Of a DNA stretch of 64,000 nucleotides, positions 50,201 to 62,963 are shown piece after piece. Below the pieces are notes generated by a model. It saw nothing but the letters and a program-made list of their open reading frames with translations. It had not been told where the DNA came from and made no database searches. Position numbers and translations under genes: made by a program. This DNA is from Phyllosticta citribraziliensis (taxonomy: Eukaryota): contig NW_027117341.1 of assembly GCF_038025025.1 (NCBI RefSeq), forward strand, positions 992,001 to 1,056,000, written 5' to 3'. How positions within the stretch are numbered: position 1 is the stretch's first letter; every line of letters starts with the position of its first letter.

Positions 50201-53200
50201 AGGGTATTAATCTTAGTATACTAGAGCCTAGTAAGATAGGTATAGTATTACCTATTTTACTAGTAGCTAAGCCTAATAGTAGTATTTATTTCTATATTAA
50301 TTATTATAAGCTTAATAAACTTATAAAGAAGGATTACTATCCCCTCCTATTACTAGATAAGATAATTAGCTAGATAAGAGGTACTAAGTATATTACTAAG
50401 CTTAATATTAAATAGGCTTTCTACTAAATATATATTATAGATAAGTAGACTAAGGACCTACTTATATTCTAGACCTACTATAGTACCTATAAGTACTTAG
50501 TTATACCCTTTAGTATAGCTAATAGCCCTAGTACCTAATAATAGCTAATTAATAAGTACCTATTCTACTATCTTAGTAAGTATACTACTATATATCTTAA
50601 TAATATCCTTATTTATAGCTAAATACTTATAGATTACTAATAATATATTAGAGAGGTCCTTACTTATCTATAGGAGTATAGTTTATAAGTTAATATTAAT
50701 AAGTATAAGTTCTATATCTAGGAAACCTAATTTTTAGGTATTATTATCTCTACTAATAGTATTTATATAGATCCCTCTAAGATTAATATAATTATATCTT
50801 AGGAATAGCCTATAATAGTAAAATAGGTCTAGTCCTTTCTTAGTACTACTAATTTCTACTAGTAATTTATTAAGGACTATAGTAAGACTACTAGGCTATT
50901 AATATAGCTAATATATAAGGGTACTAATTAGTAGTAGACCTATACTAAATAATAGTTATTTAATAGTCTTAAGTATACCCTTATAATAGTACTAGTCCTT
51001 ATCTACTTTAACCTAGCTTATAAGATAGTTATAGAAATAGACTTATCTAATTAGACTAATAGGGGCCTTCTCTCCTAGTATAATAATAAGTAATAGCTTT
51101 ACCCTATTATATACTACTCTAAAACTATAGTACTAGCTAAGCTTAATTATACTATCTATAATAAGGAGCTCCTAGCTATTATTTATACCTTAAAGTTATA
51201 GAAGCCTAATCTTAAGGCCTACTAGATACTATTTATAGTATTTATAGATTACTAGATATTATAGTACTTTACTATAATTAAATAGCTAACTTATTATTAA
51301 GCCTACTAGGCTAAACTCCTCTTAGAATATAACTTTAAGATTATATATTACCCTAGCTATACTAATATTAAGGCTAATATACTTATTTACTATCCTTAAG
51401 ATACCCCTACTACTAATAACCCCTAGTAATAAATATAATACTAGACCCTACTCCTAGCTAATAAGCTCTTAGCTAGTATATATAAGGACTAGGAGCTAGC
51501 CCTAATAAATAATAATAATAGTAATAATAATATATTTATATTCTATTAATTACTTATAGCTAATACTATAGATAATACTAAGATAAATAATTAGAGATAT
51601 TATACTAATAAGCTAGACTTACTATTTACTATTAATAAGTAGTAGAATATCTTTATAGATAGCTACCTTATTATATCTACTAAACTCTAGCTACTCCTTA
51701 TATATTATATTTATAAATAGCTACTTACTAGCTACCCTAGCTAAACTTAGCTATATAATCTCCTAGTACTATAATTTTAGTTTCCTTATCTTATCTTACT
51801 TATATTCTAAGTTATAGATAATTATATAATCTATATATATATCTATAAGGCTTACCTAGCTATTTTAGGCTAGCTATAACTACTACCTATCCTATTATAG
51901 CTATAGTAGTATATTACTATAGACTTTATTAGCCTACTATTATATAATAAGGGTATAGATACTATCCTAGTTATTTATAACTATTTTAATAAAGTATACT
52001 ACTTTATTACTATAGATACTATAAATAATAGGACTATAGCTAAAGCTATAGCTTATATACTTATAGACTATAGTAACTAGTTTATCTCTTACCTATAGGA
52101 GGGCCTAGCTTATATTATTAGTATTAGCCTAAAGCTATCTACTAGCTATTATCCCTAGACTAATAGCTAGACTAAATAAGCTAATTAGGACCTTAAGAAC
52201 TATTTAAGATAGTTTATTAGGTTCTATTAAGATAATTAGTAACTACTACTATCTATTATCTAGTTTATAGCTAATAGTATACTATATAAGAGCCTTAATA
52301 GCTACTCCCCCTTTTATATTTATTATAGCTATAAGCTATAATTTAATTTTAATACTAAAGCTACTATTTATAGTATCTATAGACTAATTATAGATACCTA
52401 TTCTATATAACTATAGACTTTATAAGCTATTACCTATACTATATAATAGGTATAGGATAAGACTAAGTATAGTCTTATAGTTATATAATAATAAATAGCT
52501 ATTTAAGCTAACTACTAATATTAGGATTATATTATTAAACTAGGTAAATATATATATATCTATATAGATTATATATATATACTCTATAGCTATCCTACTA
52601 TACTTAATTTTTATAATAATAGTCTATATTAAGTTACTAATATATATAGTAACTAGGCTATACTATAACTACTTACTAGGTTATATACCTATAATAAATT
52701 TAATATCTTATACCTTATTATTACTAGTAATAATCTATTACCTAGGTAATAGCTAGCTAATAGCCTAGCCTTATAAGATAATATTAATAAGAATAAGGAT
52801 ACTAATTAGGAAGTAGAGGAGATTATAGGTTATTAGATATTAGCTAATAGGAGGCTCTAGTTTAGAGTAAACTAGACTAACTACCTACTAGACTAGGTAT
52901 TCTATAATACTAATAATAGTAAGTTTAATAATATATATAATATTATCTTATACTATTATAAAAGATATCCTAACCTTTACTTACTAGTAGGTTAGACCTA
53001 TAACTAAGTAATAAGGATATTACTTACTAGGAGGGGGGGGGGGTAGTATTATATGATATAGTATATACTACTTATATTTTATAGTATTTAATACTTAGTA
53101 TTTACTTCTTCTATATATACTAGCCATTTCTAGTTAGCCTAAGAGTAGATAGTCATTCTATATAGGCTATATGACGACTACTCTTACTCCTTACCTATTA

Positions 53201-53245
53201 ATTATTAGTAGTCTACATCAATTCACTCTACTAGGCGCTGTAATA
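47223..53245 (+). mobile_element. Complete chromoviral Ty3/Gypsy element A2 (6023 bp) inserted in the 3' LTR of D
   Basis: 199-bp LTRs at 47223-47421 and 53047-53245; TSD GTACT at 47218-47222 and 53246-53250; PPT 53029-53043. CCHC knuckle ~48598-48642, RT YLDD 50593, chromodomain WEVEEI...FRANW ~52808-52940. Confidence 0.95.
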
Positions 53246-53544
53246 GTACTACTTATATAAATAAAGTCTTTTATACCTAGTTAAACTATTATCTACTAAA
53301 TACTTAGTTATTTATTTATTTATACTTATTATTTATACATAAGTCTTATACTGCTTAGATAATAAAATGACGGCCAGATAGTAGCTTATTTTAGTTAGTT
53401 TAGTAGGTATTTTATTCCTATCCTATAGAGCCTACTTATTTACTACTAGTTGCTATCTCTTACGCCTCTTCTAGTATTAGCATTTTAGCTGGCTAAGTAA
53501 GTATATTAGTAAGTAATATTAGTAAGTAGCTGGTCCTACCTATA

Positions 53545-56500
53545 CTAGTCTACTATAACTAAGATTATATTATAGCCCTTTTAATCCTTAGGTATTTCTT
53601 TAAAATCTATAGCTAAGTATTACTAGGGATAAGTAGGAATCTTAAGAGGTTATAAAAGGCTAGGGTCCTTATTATAAAACTCCTTAGTCTAATAATAAAT
53701 ATAGTATCCTTATCTATAGATATCTATTATATAATTTATAGTAGGCTAATAGTAATATTATTTAAGGAGTTTATATATTTTTATAATACTAGGATATATA
53801 GTTATATATATAGTATATAAAGTATTAAGAGTCCTTATATAGAGGTTATCTTAATATAGTATAAAGAGAGTACTATATTATAGTAAGAGACTATCCCTTA
53901 GTTCTTAATAATTCCTTTATTCTAGATCTTCTTATTAAGCTTATTATCTCTAGAGTTTAGATTAGGAATTTTCTCTATTTATATAAAGAAGTTTATCTAA
54001 AAATAATACTAAAGGTAAAAGATCTTATTCTATAACTAAGAGGGGGATAATAGTTTCTAGAGAAATAAGGTATATCTCTTATATAGCTTTTACTTTCTCT
54101 TTCTAAGTCTTTAGGTCTTCTTATTTTTAAGTAAGGTAATTAGTAATAATATTTTCCTTTTCTAATTAGTAGGAGAATTAATTATATATAGAATTTAATA
54201 AAGAATTTAGACTATCTAGCTTATTATTAGTTAAGTTATTATTTTATAGAGTAATACTCTAGTACCTAGTAGTCTATAATTATAAGGAAAGATCTTTTAA
54301 GACTAATAAGTATAGGCCTCTATTCTTCTAGCCTATTCTTAATAGCTAGTAGTTCTTTATCTAAGATACTATAGTAAAGTTCTATATTAGCTATTACTTT
54401 AGAATAGAAAGCTACTAGTTTCTATTTATATAAAGGTTTCTAAAGCTATATTAAAATACTAATAGTAACTCTATTACTTATATCTATCTCTATATAAGTA
54501 TTAAGAGTAGGATTATAGTTTATTAAGAGTATATTATTATATATAAGCTTCTTAAGTTCTTAAATTACTTCTTCTTCTAATAGTCCTAGTTATTACCATT
54601 TTACTTTAGAGTATAGCTTTTCTAATAGCTAGCTAATTTATCTATAGTTAGGAAGAAATTATTAGTAGAAATTATAGAAACCTAGAAAGGATTAAAGAGC
54701 CTATAGAGTTTTAGATATTAGCTAGTTTTATATAGGTTCTATCTTATTAGGGTCTATTTAAATACTATCTATAGATATAATATATCTAAGAAACTTTATA
54801 TAAGTAATAGAAAACTTACTTTTCTTAAAATCTATTTAAAGCCCTACTTTCTATAGTCTTATTAGTACTTTCTTTACTTATTCCTTATATTCTATAGGGT
54901 CTTTAGAGATAATAAGTATATTATTTATAAAAGCTACTATAAAATTATCTAAATACTTAAAGAGAACTTAATTAATAAATTATTAAAAGGCTATAGGTCT
55001 ATTACTTAATCTAAATAGAAGGATATAGTATTTAAATAAGCTATACCTTATATAAAAGATAGTCTTATCTTCTAAGTCTAGTATAAGTTAAATATAATAG
55101 AAAGCTTATTAAATATCCTATTTAATATAAATTTTACCCTTTCTAATATACTAAAGTAACTTAGAAATAAGAGGAAGAGGGTATAAATCCTTAGTAGTCT
55201 AGTTATTAAGCTATTAATAATCTATATAAAACCTTTACCCTTTATTAGGCTTTTTTACTACTAGAATAGGAGAAGTAAAGGTAGTAAAGCTTTCTATAAT
55301 AAAGTCTTTTTAAATATTTTCTATAATATATTCCTTTATAGCTTAAAGCTATTCTAGAGATATTCTATAGAGAGGATTAGGAGGAAGTTCTAGTAGACCT
55401 TTATATATAAGAGATATTTTATAATTAATACCTATATAATATAGTAGAAGCTTATTTAACTTAGTCTTAGAGAAGATATCTTAGAATTCCTTATAAGTAG
55501 AAGATAATTTAGAAGCTAGTAATTCCTTAATTTCTTTATCTTTAATAGCTTATTAAACTTATATAAGGTTTATAGTATAAATCTCTATTAGTATAACTTA
55601 TATTTTATAGATAGAAAGTTTAAAAGTATCTTAAGTTTAAAATTTAATTCCCTTAATAACCTATACTAAGGAAAGAAGGTATTTATTAAAGTTTTAATCT
55701 CTATAATCTATATCTATCTAGTATTCTTTCTATAGTATATTACTTTATATAGAAAGCTTTAGTAGTTATAAAAGATATTAAAAGGATTAGTTAACTAGTA
55801 GCTATCTCTAGACTAGTTTATATTATTTATAGTTAGAAAGAATATTATACTAGTTAAAAAACTATTACCTAAGAATTATATTATTCTAGCTAATATTATA
55901 AATAAAAGTATAAGTAGAAACTATTTAATACTAGAAATAGAGTTATAGATAAAAGTAAAAATTAACCTTCTTATTTATATATTAGTTAAATATAGTAATA
56001 TTAAGCCCTTTACCTATTATTCTCTTTTTTATAGTACCTATAGACTAGAGAGTTAGTAGTAGCTTAGGGTAAATAAAACTTATACTATTAGTACTAGTAT
56101 TAGCTAGGGTATAAATTTCTAAAATATAGCTATTAGATATAATTAAGGTTTATATAGTAAAAGGTTTACCTCTAATAAAGTAATTAAAATTTATATAAGA
56201 ACCCTTAATATATATTACTCTAAGTTTAGATCTAAGGTAGGAGACTTTACCTAGGCCTTATTATTTTTTAAGGATAAAGGCTAGTCTTACTCTATATAAT
56301 TATCTTTTATTTATTCTTCTTCTATTAACTCTATTATTTTAGATTCTAGTTATAGATATTATCTCTATAAATAGCTAAACTAGCTATATTAATTATATAG
56401 TTTAATTTCTATATAGATCTTAGCCCTACCTTTATAAGTAGTATTATATAAGGAAGCCCTAAAGATAGATTAAGTCTAAATATAGCTTAATAATAAGGTA

Positions 56501-58455
56501 CTTATATTATTTAAGGAGTAGTTCTTACTCTTTCTTACTATCTTTTCTTTATATATTTCTTATAAAAGTAAGTATAGTCTTTCTTTAGCTAAATTAATAA
56601 TTATTAAGACTTTAAATAATTAGATAGGCTTATTAGAGGTACTTATAAAAGTTAATATTCTTATTTTACTCTATAGTAACTATATAGATTTAAAGGAGAA
56701 GATCTATTATAGTATAAAAGTCCTCTTTCTATTATTTTTAAGAAAGATCTATATCTAAAGCTAATTATATAAAGTTAGATTAAAACTTTTAAAGGTCTAT
56801 TAGAATATAATATATAAATATATATAGCTATTTCTTAGTATCTTTATATTTATATAAACTCTAGAAAAGGTTATTTAGGAATTTAAAGATATTCTTATCT
56901 AAAGTAATTTTATTTACCTTTATATAAGAAGTAAGGAAAGGAGTTAAGTATTATAAGATTTTTCTATTAATATAGAAGATAATATATTTTATAATATTCT
57001 TCTTAGTTTCTTCTACTATACTTTTTATAAAATAATTATAATTTTATTTAATTTTATTTTAAATAAGGAGAGTTTAATTCTTATATAAGGGTTCTTCTTT
57101 ACTAGTAAGAAGAGGAGAATTAAGAACCTTTCTACTTTAATATTTCTTATTAAAAGTAGTAGAGGAGAGAGTTTTAGTAATAGTCTCTTTTATATAGATA
57201 GGTAAGGTATTATAAGTTCTTTATATTCTTTTAATAAAAGGATTTTAGAAAAAGGTAATAGGTCTTTAGCTATAAGGAGGTTTAAAATCTCTAATCTAAT
57301 TATTCTTAATAATTTATATTAAGGCCTAGGTATAGTTTAGGACTATTTACTCTAGAATCTAAATATATCTTTATATATAAATAAGTTATTATTATATATA
57401 AGGTTTATTTAAAGAAGCTATCTTATAATTAAATTATTTAATCTTTTAAAGTAGAATCTTTATAAAAGCCTCTATAACTAGAACTTTTATTATATAGGTA
57501 GAATTAAAGATTTAAAAATATTCTATTACTATTATTAGACTAATTAAAGTAAAGTTATAGAGTTTAATTAGAGAAGGAGAATTATTATCTTTAATTAAGG
57601 ATTATTTTAAATTTTAAGAATCTTCTTATCTCTTATATAAATTTTATTAGATAGATTAATTAGTATTAGTACTACTAATAATACTAGATATATAGGCTTC
57701 TTTATTAATTATACTATTTTTAATAGTCTTCTATTTAGAATATCCCTTAAATAGGTATAGATAGGATACCTTTTAAATATTTATATACTACTCTATAGTC
57801 TTAAATAAAGACTTCTATAGTTAATATATACTTAATACTCTTTAGCTATTAGATAATACTAATATACCTAATAAGGATAACTTAGATTTATTAGGGAAAA
57901 GTAATAAGTAGTCTTATATAAGACTATAACTATATATATTATTACTTAGATTAAATATTATAATACCTTTATAGATAATAAAATAAGATAGAGCTAATAT
58001 TTAGAATAATCTTTTATATCTATTATAACTTATAAGATTCTTATTTTATAGGTTAGGGCTAAAGGTAAATTACTAGAGAAAATATATATATTTTAATTAA
58101 ATATAATAAGTTAAAAGAATAAAATATAAAAGATACTTATTTCCTATCTATTTCTTAATCTTTCCTTTATACCTTTCTATTTTCTTATCTTTATATAAGG
58201 GTTAATAGTTATTATTAGGTTATTTCTAAAGATAAGGTATTAATAGATTATTATATTATATCTATCTAAGGCTATAGTAGCTAGTATTAGCCTAAGGTAT
58301 AACTAGTATTTAATCTAAGGCTATAGTAGCTAGTAGCTTATAACTATATAATACTAGGTTTATCTATAGTAGCTAGTATCTTATAACTATATAATACTAG
58401 GTTTATCTATACTAGCCTTAGTACTTATATAGGTATATAAATACCTATTATAATA
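53545..58455 (-). mobile_element. Family-B Gypsy element, minus strand: 5' LTR (58455-58021), gag, protease, RT, RNase H, integrase N-terminus
   Basis: Inverted match to 2459-4707. RT FVDD-type motif ~54920. Integrase PGLLQPL..P..PWQHLAMDF...VDR ends at the D insertion site. The LTR carries a 43-bp tandem duplication (58321-58406). Confidence 0.9.
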
Positions 58456-58957
58456 CCTCTTTATATAATACTAGACCTATACCTACTAGCTAGTTAGATA
58501 TATAACTAAGTAATAAGGATATTAATTACTAGGAGAGAGGGGGGAGGGGGATAGTATTATATACTATATAGTATATATAGTTATATTTTATAGTATTTAG
58601 TATTTACTATTTACTATATATATATATACTAGCTATTTATAGCTAGTTAATGTATAGATAGTTATTCTATATAGACTATATAATAACTACTCTTACTCCC
58701 TACTTATTAGTTATTAATAGTCTATATTAGTTTACTCTACTAGGCGCTATAATAAGTATTATATACTATATAGTATATATAGTTTATATTTTATAGTATT
58801 TAGTACTTAGTATTTACTACTTATATATATACTAGCTATTTATAGCTAGCCTAGGAGTAGATAGTTATTCTATACTAGCTATATAATAACTACTCTTACT
58901 TCTTACCTATTAATTATTAGTAGTCTATATTGATTTACTCTACTAGGCGCTATAATA
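58456..58957 (+). repeat. Family-A 3' end: terminal internal sequence, PPT (58531-58551) and two tandem LTRs (58555-58754; 58757-58957)
   Basis: 58456-58554 resembles 52950-53046 of A2. Both LTRs end in CTCTACTAGGCGCTATAATA and are separated by AG. Confidence 0.92.
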
Positions 58958-59669
58958 GTAGGTCCTCTAGGGTATTTTCTAGGTTTATACTAAATTTTAG
59001 GCATATTACTATAGTTAGCTACTAAATTCAGGCTTGTTGTCTCTAGGAAAGGAGGTAAATTATTAAAGGGGATTAGAGTAAAGCTTGCAGAGAGCCATAT
59101 ACGAAGCGAAAGGCTGAGAGAATTCGAGAAGTCAATCTAAACTCAGTGTGGCACGAAAGGCCGGAAGGCTCCTTATATCACACAAGGCAAATCGCGCAGA
59201 ATCATGTGCGCCAAGCTGCCATGGTGCCGTGATAGGATCATCGGGGTGATGATTTGCGGCACTCAGTAGAAGCTTAGAGTGGGGTTATGTCAGCTTTAGG
59301 GGCTGACCATTTGTGCCTCGCTCCAATGATCGGCAAGGGTTGAAAGACAACTAGATGTTGAAGAGTTGCCGTTGATAAAATGTCGGGAGCGGAACAAGGA
59401 CGCTGTAGTTCAGATAATGTAATTTATCTCGGCCTACCCATACCATAGATAGATTAGGGGAATGCCGTAGCATGGCATTGCGAATCGCTTCGCCATTTGC
59501 CGCATTGATCACTTCCTAGCAGCTCTTTCCGGAATCATCTCGCCGGGTGCATTCATTAGGGACTCAACACCGTGTTGTCCCAAGTGGTTCTCGTGTCATC
59601 ATTATCATTGGCTATTAGTAATAGTACCGTTCCATCTCCCTCTGCTTGTGTATTCGTGCAGACGGGGGC

Positions 59670-62490
59670 TCAGGTGTAAATACTCTCGGTATAAGCATTG
59701 ACCTGCAGGCCCTTCTCGGCCATCTCAGCATCACGCAAGAACTCCAAGGGCATCCAAACCAAGTGGCCCTTGATTTCATCCAACAGGCGCCTGATGTCTG
59801 CCACACTGCGATGGACATCATAGATGTGTCCCTGCTTGTGCTGGGTATCCGACTTGGAAGTGTCCGTTGGGGGGAGGAATTTAGCATAGTCCTCAAACGT
59901 TTTGACTGGAAAATTGTCAGAAAGATCAAATGCTCAAGGCTAATGACGAGTAGTGAGAGGGGACTTACTGTTGTCATCTGGATCGGCATGGAACAAGTCT
60001 CTAAAGATCTCCGTGTTCCGCGTTGCATTACCCGTCCACATGCTCCAGACTTGGTCGCCCAGTGGATCAGCTACAAATTGGAAGCTGGGGTCGTCCTCTT
60101 GGTTGTCGTTCGGGCAGTCACCCGGCGGCTGGGCGTTGGGGTCATTTGACGCATCAAAAGGCTGAGATTTGATCAGACCAAGGTGCTCGCGCCAAAGCAT
60201 TCGACGCAGAGTAGCGGCGTGCCGACCGGCTTTGTACGGCTGCCCGTTCATCTCAGATTCAATGGTATCACGATCTTCCATGACTATTGTTAGTTCGGAG
60301 TCGTGGAAGCCGATTTGAGACTACATGGCCAGGTCAGTACAAAGGGCTTCAAAATGGCGGACGGCAGTGGTAATTACCCGATCGTTGATGTTGGAGCTGC
60401 CACACAGCACAATCTTGTCATCCACAATGCACACTTTGCCGTGGATGTAAAGCTCCTCCTGGACAAAGTTCGCCTTCTCCGAATCTGGTTCTTCAGGGTC
60501 CCAAGGCTCCTCGGCAACCTTTCCACCGTCCTGCAGGGCGTGCTGTGCAATGGAGTCGTTGCTGATTACATGGTCTTCACCATCACTCCTCAAGCCCGCA
60601 GCCTCGCGCTTGGCTTCGAATTTGCGCTTGCGGTCCATCATAATCTCCCGCTCCTCATCGTTTGTGTCCGAGTCATAGCCGCCCTCACTGCTAGAATCTC
60701 CCTTGGCACCGGTGATTCCACTGGACATGATCTCCTCTGCGTTGGCTCTTTGTACGTCTTCATACTTGACGCCTGACGCTTCCTCCTGCTTGCGCATGGC
60801 GGGCGTCGTGTTCAAACGGTCGTAGCTTCTCAGATTGAAGCAGAAGACGTGGTCGTCGGGATTGACCCCCTGACTGCGAATTTGCTCCTTGATGGAATGC
60901 TCGCCCCGATTGATCGACTTGTATTGATAGTCCATAATGGCACGCGTGCCGGTAGCAGCATCACTGCGAAGATCGCCTGCGAAGCCGGGGATTGCTGGTA
61001 TGACAATGATGACGCGGAACTTCCGGTTTTCCTTGCCAGCCTTCACACAGGCATCGACAATGGCGCGACCGATCTCGTTGTGAATAGGCGATTGATGTTC
61101 GCCAGTGGCAGTAACTAGGTTCATAGTGAGCAATCAGGACTTTGGTTGGCGATGGGGGCATTGACGAACTGAAGAACTGGTTTTCAATGTAAACGAAATG
61201 CTGTGCGTTTCTGATGACTTCACAGTAAGCATTTTGGATGCTGTGCTCCGTCAAGATTCCACTACTCCAATCGGCACTGCTCCGAACCAGCTGAGCATGG
61301 ACCTTCCCATCTCTGGCGCCCTTGAGCGATGGCTTAGAATCCATCGGAGTCAAAGGGTGCTGGATGTAATCGCCGACGGGGAACTTGGGTCTTTGTACAG
61401 CCACCAAATCCTCATCCTCACCAAGCCTGCCTTCCAAGCAGAGCCAATCGAAGCGCTTGTCACGCTTGTACTTGTCGCGCTTGACAAAGTTCCAGCGGAG
61501 CACAAAGTGTTCTGCAATGTCATAGACACAAGGGCCAATCAATCCCATGGCCACATCGTGCCAAGGCATGCGGCCGAACTCGGACTTTGAAAGCTCATTG
61601 GACTTCCAATCCTCGACAGATTGGAAGTCCATGATGCGGTTGTTGTTGAAATCTTGGCCTGGGAAGATTTCGTGCTGGACGCCGCTGGGGTGGACGTCGG
61701 CCATTTGATGCTGCTTGTTGTCCCAACGACCAAAGCAAAGATCCAGACCACCAATGAAGGCCATTTCATAATCAATGACGATGAACTTTTCATGATGGGC
61801 CCAGTAAAAGGTCATGTCACCAGCGTTTTCAAATATGTTGTGGTCAGGATGTCTCATGACGTGAATGTTGCCGTGACCAGGCGAGCCCTCGGGGCATAGG
61901 TTCCTCAGAGCATGTTTGGTGTGGGCGCTATTGCACGTCAAGGCCTGATTGACTTCTTTGTACACAATGACGTAGATTTTGACGCCAGCTTCAGCACGGC
62001 GCTTCAAAACCTGGTCGAGGCGCCATTCCTGGTTGTAGTAGGGTGGGCGACGGAGGAACAGCTCCGGGGAGAGCCACCAATCAGCAATGTAAATGGTCTC
62101 CTTGGCCCGCTCCAAGGCAACACTGACGGCCCAAAAGTAGTCGCGACCGTCGACATACCACTTGATCAGATTGTTGTCTCTTTCCGGGGCGAAGCTGTCA
62201 AAGCGGTGGCCCTCGGCAATCTTGGAGCGCTTTGCGTCGGTGCGCTGCTCGTGCTCCTCGTCGTGGCGGTGGTTGGGGTTGACGAGGTTGTTCAATTTGC
62301 CAATTTTGTTCTTGAGGTGAGTCGCCTGGACCTTGACATCGTAGAGGTGGGTGTTTTTGAGCTTCTCGCGCAGGCCGGGGAAGGGATGCATTAGGTGGCC
62401 CTTGAAGCCGTGGGGTTGGTGGGATTCTTTGTCGTGCTCGGCGGCATGCTCGCTGGCTTCGGGCTGCTGGGCGGGGCCGGTGAAAGACAT
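59670..62490 (-). CDS. Phospholipase D (two HKD motifs, no PX/PH domains evident), 881 aa; exons 62490-61170, 61114-60378, 60320-59969, 59905-59670
   Basis: Motifs IYIADWWLSPE, HHEKFIVID, RMPWHD, IYIENQFF-like, YIHGKVCIVDD, GSSNINDRS. Three GT-AG introns (61115-61169, 60321-60377, 59906-59968) join the ORF-track fragments in frame (2646 nt) to TGA at 59672-59670. Confidence 0.93.
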
Positions 62491-62963
62491 GGCGCGCGGC
62501 GTGAGCAGGAGGGGAGAGAACGAGCGGATGGGAGGGAGGAGAGGAGGGAGTGGAGGGCAGGGCAGGGCGGAGGGCGAGGGATGGTGGGGAGTGGAGGAGC
62601 GGTGGTGGTCGGAGCGGCGGGAGGATTTAAGTACAAGGAACAGGAAAGCTGTGTACAGCCGTGCCGTCAATCAACACAAGTCAGGTTAGGTTAGGTTAGG
62701 TTGACTTCAGTTGGGTTGGCCGACTGGAAACAGGCTGCGGTGCGGACGGTGGTGGGGAGGGGTGCTGTGAGTGGTGGGTGCCGGTGGTGGGTGGTGACTG
62801 GTGCGGGACCTGGGCTGGCAGGATCCCTGTGCCGTTCCTGCCTCGTCCCGACATGCAACGACTGCCTGCGGGGCCTCAGCTTGCTGCGCCGATCCGGCAA
62901 CCCACCGCGAACCCTCTGACGTCAACCAGCAATGCATTAACTCTACCGTACCGTACCCTATCC

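Larger units (their letters stand above)
16002..53544 (+). mobile_element. Complete large Ty3/Gypsy element D (~13.3 kb after removing inserts G, H, A2), no evident chromodomain, extra 3' coding region
   Basis: 5' LTR 16002-22945 (597 bp without G), 3' LTR 46907-53544 (610 bp without A2); 4-bp TSD CTAG at 15998-16001 and 53545-53548. Gag is split by H. Protease ALVDTGA ~38718, RT F(M/V)DD 40244, RNase H GWGAVLMQ...RYESGIW ~40740-41100, integrase YHPESNGMVERGH ~41960. Confidence 0.92.
1949..58957. mobile_element. RIP-degenerated AT-rich nest of Ty3/Gypsy LTR retrotransposons
   Basis: The ORF track has no ORF between 1979 and 59615. CA, TG and CG are nearly absent and TA is in large excess. 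LTR pairs, TSDs, PPTs and RT/RNase H/integrase motifs are recognisable once C>T and G>A changes are reversed. Confidence 0.97.

Noticed and set aside
62491..62670. Pro/His-rich N-terminal extension of PLD in the ORF track
   Set aside because: Starts at a non-ATG codon in a pyrimidine-rich 5' UTR; ATG 62490 has good context (GCCATG).
62683..62702. (GGTTA)4 as an interstitial telomere
   Set aside because: Too short and not the TTAGGG hexamer; a simple microsatellite.
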